A stretch of 64,000 nt of DNA from Emiliania huxleyi CCMP1516. Lineage: Eukaryota. Position numbers and translations under genes: made by a program. Positions 22,989 through 33,541 of this stretch are shown here, piece after piece. The notes under the pieces were generated by a model. It worked only from the letters and a program-made list of their open reading frames with translations. It searched no databases and had not been told where the DNA came from. The DNA lies in NCBI RefSeq assembly GCF_000372725.1, contig NW_005202428.1:791331-855330 (forward strand), given 5' to 3'. Position 1 is the first letter of the stretch; the number at the start of each line of letters is the position of its first letter.

Positions 22989-25579
22989 TCACGATGCGTG
23001 ACCGCTCCCCGCCGCAGTGCCCGCGCCGCGCGGCGGCGAGAGAGAGGCTCGAGACCGCTCGAGCCCCTCCGTGGTGTACAGGTTGCGCTGGCGGAGGACG
23101 TCTGTGCGGGTGACGAGTCCGACCAGTGTGCCGTCGTCGGCCACGACCGGCAGCCTTCCGGCGCTCTGCTCGATCAGGATCGCCTTCCGGGGAAGACCGC
23201 GAGAGTGGGGGGGCGGGGGGCGGGGGGACGAGTGAGGAGTGGGGCGGGGTAGGGTGCTGGAACGGCGAGGAGTGAGGGGGCAAGAAGGTCGCGGGGGCGA
23301 GACGGGTCAGGGATGTGAGTGGGGACAATGGTCGCTTTTGTAGACGCCGCTCGAGGAGAGACCACCCCTCGGCGACACCTCGACAGCATCGGGGCGGCAT
23401 CGGGGCGGCCTCTCACCTCGAGCTCGTCGAGAGGCGTCTGCGTCGGCACGGTGAGCGTGTGTCGCCGCACCCAGCTCTTGACGCGCTGGCCGCCCTTTGA
23501 GGCTTGCGCCGCCTTCATCACGTCGCGGTACCTGCGGCGCAGCGGGAGACACTTCCTAGACACTTCCTAGACATTGCGCCGCCTTCATCACGTCGCGGTA
23601 CCTGCGGCGCAGCAGGAGAGCGCGCCGGCTCGAGCCTTGCGAGCAGAGGGCGGGGGCGCCGGGGACACGACACGACAAGGGTGGTGGTGGGGTGGGTGGG
23701 TGGGTGTGGGTGGGTGGTGGGGTGGTGGTGGGGTGGGTGGGGCGGGGGGGGGGGGTTGCCCTCCCCGCATCTATGCGTGGCCCGCCCCCGTCCCAGCGGC
23801 GCATCAGTGCGTTGAGGTCGACGGGCTTCCCGCGGGCTGACGCGCGGCCCATGAGCGAGAGGTAGACCTGGAGAGGTGAGATATTGGTGAGATATTGGTG
23901 AGATATGGGGAGATGAGCGAGAGGTAGACCTGGAGAGGTGGACAGCTGGTCAGTGTGGGAGGACAGCTGTCCAGGGAAGGGCGAGCTCGTGAGGGCGGGG
24001 AAGGCGGGCGGCGGGCGCCTGCTGCTTCGCGTTCTCGTGCGTCGCCGCCAGCAGCACCACGTCAAGACCCATCAGCTGCAGCAACTCCTCGGCCACCGCC
24101 GCCATCCCCGCCAGGAACTCCTTGCCAGAGTCGAGGAGCACGCGGCCCACCTGCAGCCGGGACGACCCCGTGCGACCTCCGACTGCGATCTCGTGCGATC
24201 TCGTGCAGTCTCGTGCGATCTCGAGCGATCTCGAGCGATCTCGAGCGATCTCGAGCGATCTCGAGCGATCTCGAGCGATCTCGAGCGATCTCGGTGCGAT
24301 CTCGAGCGATCTCGGTGCGATCTCGGTGTGATCTCGAGCGATCTCGAGCGATCTGGAGCGATCTCGAGCGATCTCGGTGCGATCTCGAGCGATCTCGGTG
24401 CGATCTCGGTGCGATCTCGAGTGCATCAGTCCGCGGCCGACCTGCAGCCCCTCGTGCACAGACCGCTCCGTCTGCGCGAGCGCCGTCGAGAGCACGTCTC
24501 GCTGCGCCGCCGAGAGCCGCGCGTGCCCGAACTCGGCGATCGCATGCTGCGACGCGCCCGCCTAGCCGCGCAGCAGCTACGGCTCGAGGCGGGCTGCAAA
24601 GTGGTGCTGTGGGGAGGCGAGCGGCCAGGGGGGCTGGGCGCCTCCATCAGCCACACCAGCGCGTGCCCGTCGCGCGCCGTCGTGTCCGGGTACGACAGCG
24701 CGCCCGTGTCAGCGCGGATACCGAGCGCGAAGAGCGTCGCCTGGAAGGGTCTCGGAAGTGTCTCGGAAGTGTCTCGGGTCTCGGAGACCCCCGCGAGCAC
24801 CAATCGGGCGTCGCCTCCGCCTCCGACAGCGGCAGCGGCGCGCCCTCCTGCCCCTGCCCACCCTCGCCACAGCCCGCGCCCTCGCCGCCCGCCGCGCCTC
24901 CCACCCCGCCGCCCGCCGCCCCGCCGACGGCGTCAAAGAGCGCGCGCAACTTCTCGACCAGCACGGTGGTGGCGGAGCCGACGGGCTCGATGACGAGCTC
25001 GTCGTGCTGGATGTTCGGCGTGTTGTCCACGTGGTGGTCGTACACCGCCACGTAGCTCGCGCAGTCGAGCCTGCGGCGCGGCGCGGACTGAGCGGCAGGC
25101 GGAGGCCGAGGTGGGGGAGAGGGAAGGGCTGCGGCGGCGGGCTGGCGGGCGTACCAGCGCGCCGCCGGCCCGAGGCGCTCGCGGGTCTGCGTGTCGACCA
25201 CTCCCACCGCCCGCAGGTCGGACGGGTTGATGGTCGAGAAGCCGCGCACGGGCAGGAGGTGCTTGTGGTACGCGAGGAAGCGAGCCACGAGCGGGTTGAC
25301 GCCGCGGGGCATCACGACGTGCGTGGGCACCTCGGGCCGCTGGTAGGACCACAGCCGGGCGAGAGCCACGGCAGCGGCCAGCGAGTCAAAGTCCGTGTTG
25401 GTGTGCGTGAGCACGACATTGCACGGCTCGGCGTGGTCGCCGCTTGGCTCGGCCGCGCTCTTGGCGAGCGCGCGAGCAGCGGAGGAGCGAGAAGCGCGCG
25501 AGGCGCGGCGCGTCTGGGGAGCACCTGTAGGAGCGCTCGGCAGCCAGCTCGGGCCGACCGCCCAGAATGCGAAGAGCAT
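22989..25579 (-). CDS. DHH-DHHA1 phosphoesterase with C-terminal CBS region, probably organelle-targeted, multi-exon
   Basis: Motifs THTNTDFDSLAAA, VVDTQ, YDHH, VGSATT, GIRADTG and RRWDGGG, then CBS-like LTVPTQTPLDE and GRLPVVADDGTLVGLVTRTDVLR. The N-terminus is hydrophobic followed by S/R/A-rich sequence. Confidence 0.85.
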
Positions 25580-25833
25580 GGGCGAGGGGCTCTCTCCAGA
25601 GAGCCTGGCCTCGAAAAAGAAAAACGTGGTCACGAAGTGGCCGGGACAGGGGGAACAATAGAGCCAAGTACAACAAAACACGATTAAAAGAAACGCGGCA
25701 TGCCGCCAAGCCGCCAAACGCGACCTGGCCTTCCTCTGGCCTTCCTCTCTTCCTCTCTCGCACCAACGCGACGGCTCGCCTTCCTCTTCGCGCCGTGGCC
25801 ACCCGCGACTGTTTCCCACACGGCGCTGCAGAT

Positions 25834-26601
25834 ATGGGCGACGCCCCAGCCAGCCTGTCGTCCTTGCCGCGGGACGTCCTCCTGAGCGTGGCCGGCGCGG
25901 TCGATCCCGATGGCCTGCGGCTCCGCGTCTGCGGCGCCGACCTTGCAGCAGCCGGGTCGGCCTTGCGCAGCCGCGTCGAGCCACTCGAGCGGCTTGCTGC
26001 GCTCCGTGCTTGCTGCCGTGCACTGGCGCGACTGCTGCCTGCGCCTGACGTGCGGCTGGACCCGCGGCCTGTTGCGGTGACAGGCTTCGGTGGAGGTTGG
26101 CGCTGGCCGGAGACCCTCGCCCTCGGTGACGAGGAGGCGCTGACATTCTGTTACGAGGCGCAGTTTGCCGCAGCCGTGGACGGCGACGGAAGCCCAGAGT
26201 TTCGCGGAGCGATCACCAGCAGCTCGCGCGGGCTCAGGTGGTCGATCGGACCTGACAGGCCCCTCTGCTTCCACTGTTTTCTTTTGCCCGACGCTGGGTT
26301 GGAAGGCCGACGTCCGGCCGCGGTCCAGACACCTCTGGCCAGCTTATCCGCCGGCGAGTGGTATTCCGTGTGCGTGCAGCTCTCCACGCGCGCGGTCGAG
26401 ATCAGCGTCGATGGCAAGCTGCACGCGATCGCCCGCGCAGAGACTGGGCAGAGGTTCTTTCTGGACTGGCCAACGCATGCTCACCTGATGCTCGAGGCGC
26501 CAGCGCGGCGGCCGTTTGTGGCGCGGAACCTGTTTACGGCACGCGTGCCGCTCAGCGCACGGATGGCGCGTGCGAGCCGCGGCAGCCTGGCGCCGTGGTG
26601 A
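25834..26601 (+). CDS. Protein with an F-box-like N-terminus and a possible concanavalin-like beta-sandwich
   Basis: LSSLPRDVLLSVA at the N-terminus and GEWYSVCVQLSTRAVEISVDGK (LamG-like) later; divergent from the DHH gene. Confidence 0.5.
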   Translation: MGDAPASLSSLPRDVLLSVAGAVDPDGLRLRVCGADLAAAGSALRSRVEPLERLAALRACCRALARLLPAPDVRLDPRPVAVTGFGGGWRWPETLALGDEEALTFCYEAQFAAAVDGDGSPEFRGAITSSSRGLRWSIGPDRPLCFHCFLLPDAGLEGRRPAAVQTPLASLSAGEWYSVCVQLSTRAVEISVDGKLHAIARAETGQRFFLDWPTHAHLMLEAPARRPFVARNLFTARVPLSARMARASRGSLAPW

Positions 26602-27009
26602 TGAGCTGTAACCACTCTGTGAAAAAAAACCCTTGACACCAAACTTTTCTGCACTCCAAGTACTCCAAGTACTTTTGAGGGGCAGAACGCCGGGTTTGTC
26701 TTGTATGTGCGTGTGGTGTGTCGGTGTGTCACAGTGTGTCAGTCACATCGAAATATCTTAGCACTTAGGTAGGTAGTCACTTTCTTAGAGATTTTAGAGA
26801 TTGAGACATGAGAGGAGTGAGACACATGAAAAGAGATTTCCCGGGGGGGCAGAGGATCTCAGTCTCTAGTCCGCCGCCCTTGTGCCTTGCGGAGATCTCC
26901 CAAACCTTCGTCGAGACTTCAGCCACGAAATCTCACGAGTTCTTCCCTTCGCTCGCGGTGTGAGTTTCTAGAGGAAGCGCGTTGAGATCTCAAATGGCCA
27001 AGATTCCTT

Positions 27010-27885
27010 TTCACCCTTTATCGCTTTGGGTCGGCCCGGAGGGCGGGGGCGCAGGTAGAGGTAGGGCTGGCCTGGGGGGCCTCAGGTAAAGGTAAACCTG
27101 TCTCAGACCGCCGGAGGTAGAGGTGACAGGTCGTGTCGCCATGGGTCGCTTGAGCCGTTGAGCGAGCCACGGGAGGTAGGCGAGGAAGCCTATAGCGACC
27201 GCATGAGTCCATAAGATCGCGCTGTCGGGAGAGTTATCACGAAACCAAAACAAGATACGGAACACGAATCTCCAAAACCCCCAAAAGGAATGAAATCCCT
27301 TATGGATATAATCGCCTAATAATCTCCGGGCGGAGCCGAGATGGCGGTATTATAATATAGCGGACTATAATGCCCGGGAACAGCCCCTCCTGGCCCGAGT
27401 GCGGGCGCGAGGGACAAAGAATAAAGACGGGCAATCAGATGTAGCCGAAGGTGCCGAGGCAAGCGGTGTAAGCTGCGGCGGCTTTGTTCGGGTCGGTCTC
27501 GGAGGCAGCAGCTGCAGCAGCAGCGGCGTAGGCGAGTTTGAGCTCGCCGGTCGGTGGAGGGCGTAACGGAGGGGCGACCTGTTTTGTCGGAGGGAGGCGT
27601 GACGAATTTGAGGGCCTCATCGCGCTCTTTGACAATGGTCTCGAGAGATGAAACGGTGAGTTCGGCGCGGCGGTGGTTGCCCTTAGCATTGATGCAAAAT
27701 GCAGTCAAATGGTCAGCACCGCATATAGGTGGCACTCAGTCTTTGGTTTGAAGCACTTGATTTTGGTGTGCCCCTTTTTGCCACATCGAGTGCAAGGGCC
27801 TTTGTCGTGGCCACCATCACCCTTGACATCTTTGTCACCGCCGTTGGTTGTGGATGGGACAAAGCTGTTGTAGGCGTTTGGAACA
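27010..27885 (-). mobile_element. Internally deleted LTR retrotransposon: gag Zn knuckles, PPT and LTR
   Basis: CTRCGKKGHTKIKC and a frameshifted second knuckle (..ICGADHLTAFC). The purine tract AGGAGGGG lies one base before TGTTCCCGGG at 27382. The far LTR end was not defined. Confidence 0.65.
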
Positions 27886-27889
27886 GGGC

Positions 27890-28360
27890 GACGGTTGGCC
27901 GCTAAGAAACACGACGAGCTGATTGACACGGCGCTGTACAAGCTCGTCGGCGGGGCGCGGGTCGGCGCCGCCGGCAAGCGATGGGAGCGGGCGCGCAGGC
28001 AGGCGCGCCTGCCCGTCAAGATGGGCGGCATGGGCTTCACCAGCGCCGTGGACATTCGCGAGCCGGCGTGGATTGGCACGTGGGCGCTCGTCGCTGGGCT
28101 CATGCGCCAGCTGCATGCTCCTTTCCGCGACCTTGACGTGAGCAAGGCGCCGGGCTCCGATTTCGACGAGCTGCGGGCGGCGCATGACAGGCTCAAGAAG
28201 GAGCACGGCGAGATCACGGCGACGTGGAAGGAGTGGGACGACAAGACGAAGGCGGAGTACTTTGACCTGGTTGGCGGTACGACAGGCAGGCCCCCGGACG
28301 TCGAGGTGGAGCCGTGGGACGAGCCCGACGAGGGCGAGAAGCTGCGCGCCTCCGCGCGGC
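27890..28360 (+). mobile_element. Non-LTR retrotransposon ORF2 fragment (post-RT region)
   Basis: ARRQARLPVKMGGMGFTSA matches the LPxxxGGLG motif that follows the LINE RT domain. Confidence 0.65.
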
Positions 28361-28406
28361 CAGGACTCGAACCTGCGCGGGCGGAGCCCAGTGGGTTTCG
28401 AATCCA
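28361..28406 (-). pseudogene. tRNA-Ser(CGA) fragment (anticodon arm to T arm)
   Basis: Identical to 29100-29145 of the intact tRNA. Confidence 0.85.
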
Positions 28407-28900
28407 GCATGTTTGGTGGACTTGCTTTAGGTGGGCTAGGCATAGAGCCCAGCCAGCCGTTTTAATCTCTCTCTTTGAGAGAGAGAGAGATTTTTAGCAA
28501 TACCAAACAACTCTAACACTCACACGTCATTTGGGGCCCCCTAGAGCCCTGTTCACGCGCGCGCGAGACGTGCAGACAGGGTTGCCAGGTGAGAGCGAAT
28601 GGCGCGGTTCACGCCTCGCACAACACTCAACAGAGAGAGACTAGAGAGAGATGCGCTCTGCATGGTGGGACATAAAAGAAAGCGAGTACTTGGGCGAGTA
28701 GGCCGTGCGGTCGACGCTGCCGCGCGCGACTTTGCGCGCGAGGCGGCGCAGCTTGAGAACGGCGGTGGGCGAGAAGCCGCCGCCGAACGTCTCGTGGAGC
28801 AGCAGGTTGAAGTTGTCGCGCTTGACAAAGATCGCGTCGTGGTAGAAACCGCGATGCGCCCTGACGTTTTCTCTTTGATGAACTCAAAACAGAAAAACAA

Positions 28901-29075
28901 CGCGCCTGCAGGACTCGAGAGAGATTTTAGAAAACCAACAAGAAATCACGACTCTCATTCTTTCCAGGACTCGAACCTACGCGTAATTTTCACATCAGAT
29001 TCCTTCAGGTCTCGCCCAATCTCTCTCGCGTAATTTTCACATCAGATTCCTTCAGGTCTCGCCCAATCTCTCTCT
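28901..29075 (-). pseudogene. Type II tRNA (Ser-like) 3' halves, one interrupted by a 46 bp retro-insertion
   Basis: Minus strand AATCTGATGTGAAAATTACGCGTAGGTTCGAGTCCTGCAGGCGCG followed by a T-run. The insert 28919-28964 is flanked by the TSD CAGGACTCGA. A partial duplicate lies at 29027-29075. Confidence 0.6.
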
Positions 29076-29090
29076 CGGGGCAAAAAAACT

Positions 29091-29172
29091 CGTTGTCGAC
29101 AGGACTCGAACCTGCGCGGGCGGAGCCCAGTGGGTTTCGAATCCACCTCCTTAACCACTCGGACACAACAAC
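29091..29172 (-). tRNA. tRNA-Ser(CGA)
   Basis: GTTGTTGTGTCCGAGTGGTTAAGGAGGTGGATTCGAAACCCACTGGGCTCCGCCCGCGCAGGTTCGAGTCCTGTCGACAACG folds as a cloverleaf with a long variable arm and a T7 terminator. There is one A-C mismatch in the anticodon stem. Confidence 0.92.
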
Positions 29173-29309
29173 CGAGGCATTTACATTGCCAGATTCGAAC
29201 TCGCAACCCCGCAATTTGCAGAGTCGCTGCTCTCCGCGGCTACGTCCTCGGCGACAGGCCATATGACCTGCAGGCGAACACAACACTGGACGCGTCATCA
29301 TTAGGAGGG

Positions 29310-30266
29310 GGATGCTGTTGCGCCAATGCCTTCGACACACACGTATGTCCGCACGGCGGTGCTCGATGGCAAGCTGTACGCGGCGGGCGGCCGTGAGGCC
29401 GACGGCGCAACTTCCAACCTGGTGGAGCGGTACGACCTGGCGTCTTGGGAGGAGGTGGCGCCGATGGTGACACCACACGAGGCTCACGCCGTGCGGTGCT
29501 CGATGGCAAGCTTTATGCTGTTGGCGGGTACAACGACGACGACCAATTCCTCAGCTCAGTCGAGCGGTGCGACCCGGCGGTGGGTGCGTGGGAGGCGGTG
29601 GCGCCGATGGCGGAGGCGCGGGAGGCTCACGCCGTGGCGGCGCTCGACGGCAAGCTGTACGCTGTGGGAGGCCGCAGCGACGACGAAGGCATTCTCAGCT
29701 CGGTCGAGCGGTACGACCCTGCGGTGGGTGCGTGGGAGGCGGTGGCGCCGATGGCGGCGGCGCGGTATGATCACGCCGTGGCGGCGCTCGACGGCAAGCT
29801 GTACGCTGTGGGAGGGTACAACGACGACAGCGGCATCTTCAGCTCAGTCGAGCGGTACGACCCTGCGGTGGGTGCGTGGGAGGCGATGGCGCCGATGGCG
29901 GAGGCACGGTATGATCACGAGGTGGCGGCGATCGACGGCAAGCTGTACGCTGGGGGCGGCTACAACAACGCCGACCTCAGCTCGGTGGAGCGGTACGACC
30001 CGGCGTTGGATGCGTGGGAGGCGGTGGCGCCGATGGCGAAGGCGCGTGAGGCTCACGCTGTGGCGGTGCTCGACGGCAAGCTGTACGCCGTGGGAGGCTA
30101 CGACGACGGCGGCAATCGCATCAGCTCAGTCGAGCGGTACGACCCGTCAGTGGGCGCGTGGGAGGCGGTGGCTCCGTTGGCGGCGGCGCGGACGAAGGCT
30201 TTCGATTGTCTTGATGTAGTCGCCGTTGTAAGCGTGCTAGTAGCCCCACGGCGTGGAGTGTGCTGA
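29310..30266 (+). CDS. Kelch-repeat protein (frameshift near 29493; possibly a pseudogene)
   Basis: Six ~47 aa repeats of the type AVLDGKLYAVGG...SSVERYDP...WEAVAPM. The first repeat is in a different frame and the N-terminus is unclear. Confidence 0.85.
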
Positions 30267-30449
30267 AGTCCTCGCCTGAGTGTGCTGCGCGTTCGTGCCC
30301 CCGCCGCTTTTTATTTTCAAAAAAGAGAAAACTGACTTCGCGCGAGCAAGGACTCCACGTGCATCGGCCATCCCACCGCCGACGCCGACCTTCGTCCTAG
30401 GCTTACCTTCGCAACGCTCCTAGACTCAACGTCGCAACGCATACCCAGC

Positions 30450-32638
30450 ATGCAGTACGAGCCCTTCGCAACCACAACGAAGCACACGCTGCTCGGCGAC
30501 GATTCCTCCCATGGCAACCTCTACGCCAAGCGCTCGACGTGCCATCGCATCTCGCCTCTGAGCGTCGCCTTGGCCATCGGCAGCGCGATCGCTGCTGGCA
30601 CGCTCGCTTACGCCGTGCTGCCCATTGTCTCATCCTCCGTGCTGATGGCCAGCCCGACGGTCGGTGAGGAGCAGGACATGCGTGCCAAGCGCGTGCGCCT
30701 CCCGCCAGACGATCTGCTCTCTGCAGACTCGACTCCGCAAATGTGCCCACCGCGTGGACCGTGGCCTCAGCCTCCTGGCTGCCCCGGCAGCGACAAGGAT
30801 TCAGTCTTCCTCTCGCCCGAGGCGGCTATGGCTGCGGCCGCCGCCGCGGCGAAAGCGGCGCAAGAGGGCAAGAGCCCGAAGGAGGTGCAACAGGCGGCCA
30901 CGGAGGCGGCCGAGGAAGCGGCGGGCAGGAAGAGCCTGCTGCTCTCCGCTGCAGAAGTCAAGCTCGACGCCGCCCGCAGCCAGATTGGTGGCGGAGGATT
31001 GCCGCCGCAGCGCTTCGTCGTTGACGGCGTCACCCCATCCTCGCACCAGATGCTTCGGGGTGACTGCTACGTCTTCGCCGGGAGCGGGATCCTTGAGGAC
31101 AGCTACCGGCGCTACGGCGTCGAACGCGGGTGGTTTGACGGCTCCAAGTACATGCGTCTCAGCCGCCAGGCGCTTGGCATCGCGTACATGGAGGCGTGCA
31201 AGCAAGATCCGATCAGCTACTGCCCGAGCGACGAGATCAAGGCCGGAAACACGGTTCAGATTTCGTGGGGCAACACGACCGAGGGCCGCGACGGTGGCGA
31301 CGAGAAGCTGTTTGCCGTCCTGAGCGACCTCGCGGTGCTGCCCGAGAAGGTGTGCCCGTACCAGTCGGTTCCCAGCTCCGAGACCGACTGGCGGTGCGAT
31401 GGCCTCGCCGACGCGCGCAAGCGCAACCCGCTGCGGTTCAAGGTCAAGTCGTGGAAGGTAAGCAACGCCGCACCTCAGGAGCTATCGGCAGCGCCCCTCC
31501 TCCCCATCCCCACAGCACCCGGCTGCCTGCGCCCCCGCAGACGCACTTTGCCCGGGACGACATCAAGCGCACGCTCGTCGAGGACGGCAGGCCCCTCTCG
31601 CTCGGCCTCGGCGAGGTGAAGGCCTTCTACTACGCGCCGTGCGACGCCGGCCGCGGGTGTGACGAGAAGACGGCGGACTGCGCGCCGTGCCCTCTCGAGC
31701 GCGTCTACCGGGGCGTCTCTTGCTGCGTCGCCATCGATCGGCCATGCGTCAACATGAGGGGTGAGTCGATCGGCACCGCAGCCTCACGCAGCACCCGCCT
31801 GCTACTGACGTGACGCTCTGTGCGTGTGTTTTGTGTAGGGGAGTGGTTCCACCAGCCGCACGAGCCACTCGTGCAGGCCGGCGGGCACGCCATCAACATC
31901 GTCGGCTTCAACGACCATTTCCGCACCAACGCCGGCTATGAGGGCGGGTGGATCGTGCGCAACACGTGGGAAGACGGCGTGGGCGTGTCGCACGGGATGC
32001 GTGCCCGCGGCTCGCACTCGGCAGCCTACTTCATGCAGGACGTCGGCGAGCTGGAGGAGGCGCAGGCGTGCCCCAACCCCCACTCGCCTCGCTCGTGGAT
32101 GCCATGCAAGGATGCGGACGAGTGCCTCTCTCCGATGACCGCCATGAGCGCCGAGAGCACGCGCAAGGTGCTACGCCTCGAGTGCGTCGACAACGGCGCC
32201 GCCTTGCCGGAGGGCGCCTGTGAGTCCGGCGACAACTACTACCTGCAAAACATCTCCGGGTTTGGCGCGTCCGGCCTCTACACTGCGTGCTTCCTGCGCG
32301 TGCCATCGTCGGCCGCCGCCACATCGCGGTGCTACCCGCCGGTGCCGCTGGACGATCTGCCGATGATCTTTGGACCCGCCGATGAAGAGTTGGAGCGAGT
32401 GGGCGTCAACGACCCGGAGCTGTGCGGCTTCAACTTTATCCCCTTCAACACGTACGAGGCTCTCCAGTCCCGCTTTGGAGACGTCATCGCCACGTCATAC
32501 GACATCGAGTGGACCGAAAGTTCATACGCCGCGCGCCGAGCCCCTGGCTACGACTACTCTCTCGTGCAGGCGTCGACGAAGCCCCTCCAGGCGGTGCCCA
32601 AGTACGCGCCGTCGCGCTATCGCGCAAACGGGCTGTGA
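30450..32638 (+). CDS. Papain-family (C1A-like) cysteine peptidase with an N-terminal membrane anchor; introns 31458-31540 and 31761-31838
   Basis: HQMLRGDCYVFA (Gln/Cys), LSRQAL, GGHAINIVGFND (His) and GWIVRNTW (Asn). The GT-AG introns join the three ORF pieces. Confidence 0.85.
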
Positions 32639-33541
32639 GCTCGCTGAGCGGGCTGGCGCTCACCGCCGGCGAGCCGGTACGTCAGGCTCAGGGGACAGGG
32701 CGCCGGAGGGAGCGTCTCGCCCCTCTCCGTGCCGCTCTGCCTCTACGCCATCGGCCTCTCGCGGTGTCTTGTTGATCATGAATGGCTAGCACCCCAAGGC
32801 CAAGCCTTTGGCGTTGGGCCCATACGTTCTTCCCGCTTAGTACATTGTACATGTAGCGGCTTGAGTGACGCATGTGAGGCGTCCTCTGACTCCTGTGAGG
32901 ACCTGAGAGTCCCACCGGCAGGATAGGTACTGTGGGCTGGGTTTTATAGGCATTGTGGGGTTGGCACTCCCATCGACCCTCATGACCTCCTGCGGTCTCT
33001 GAGATGGACACCAGTGGGTGTGGGACCTGGCTGGGACCACAGCCAGGATACACTCGAAGGCTGGGTAAGCAGTGTAGAGCGTAGAGGTCGATATACTCGA
33101 CGCGTACCACATGGTAAATGGTATCATGGTCTGTGTCGCTGTCGGCACGCTGTCGACAGGACGTCGAGCGAGTAGACAAGTGTTACCATTAGCATTGTAG
33201 ATCCCTGGGCGAGGGTGGTGGAGGGGGACAAAGTCGACGATCATTACACACGGCATGCACGAGACAGGGATTACTGAGAGCCACACAACAACACGCAGAA
33301 ACGAGAAAGGCGCGGAGAGAGGACAGCGGACAAGAGGAGCAGGTACGAACAGGGCACGGGGTAAGGAGACATGAGTTCACTGTTAGTCCACTGGGACGGT
33401 CCTGAGCGCTCCAGCCACCCCGGGGGGCAGGGGTGGGTGAGTCACGGCTCTGTCAGGGGTGTGCCACGGGCAGGGGTCCACGCATAAATAGTCCAGCACT
33501 CTCGCAGGAAGATGCAAGCACGCAGCCACTGCACCGACCGT

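Noticed and set aside
28901..29075. Selenocysteine tRNA or a functional split/permuted tRNA
   Set aside because: It lacks tRNA-Sec features, no matching 5' half is in the window, and the T arm is disrupted by an insertion.
29445..30200. ~141-144 bp periodic repeats with variable segments
   Set aside because: Explained by Kelch coding repeats.
32840..33500. Possible solo LTR (lower GC, minus strand ending ...TAACA at 33181)
   Set aside because: No second copy, PBS, PPT or TSD could be identified in the window.
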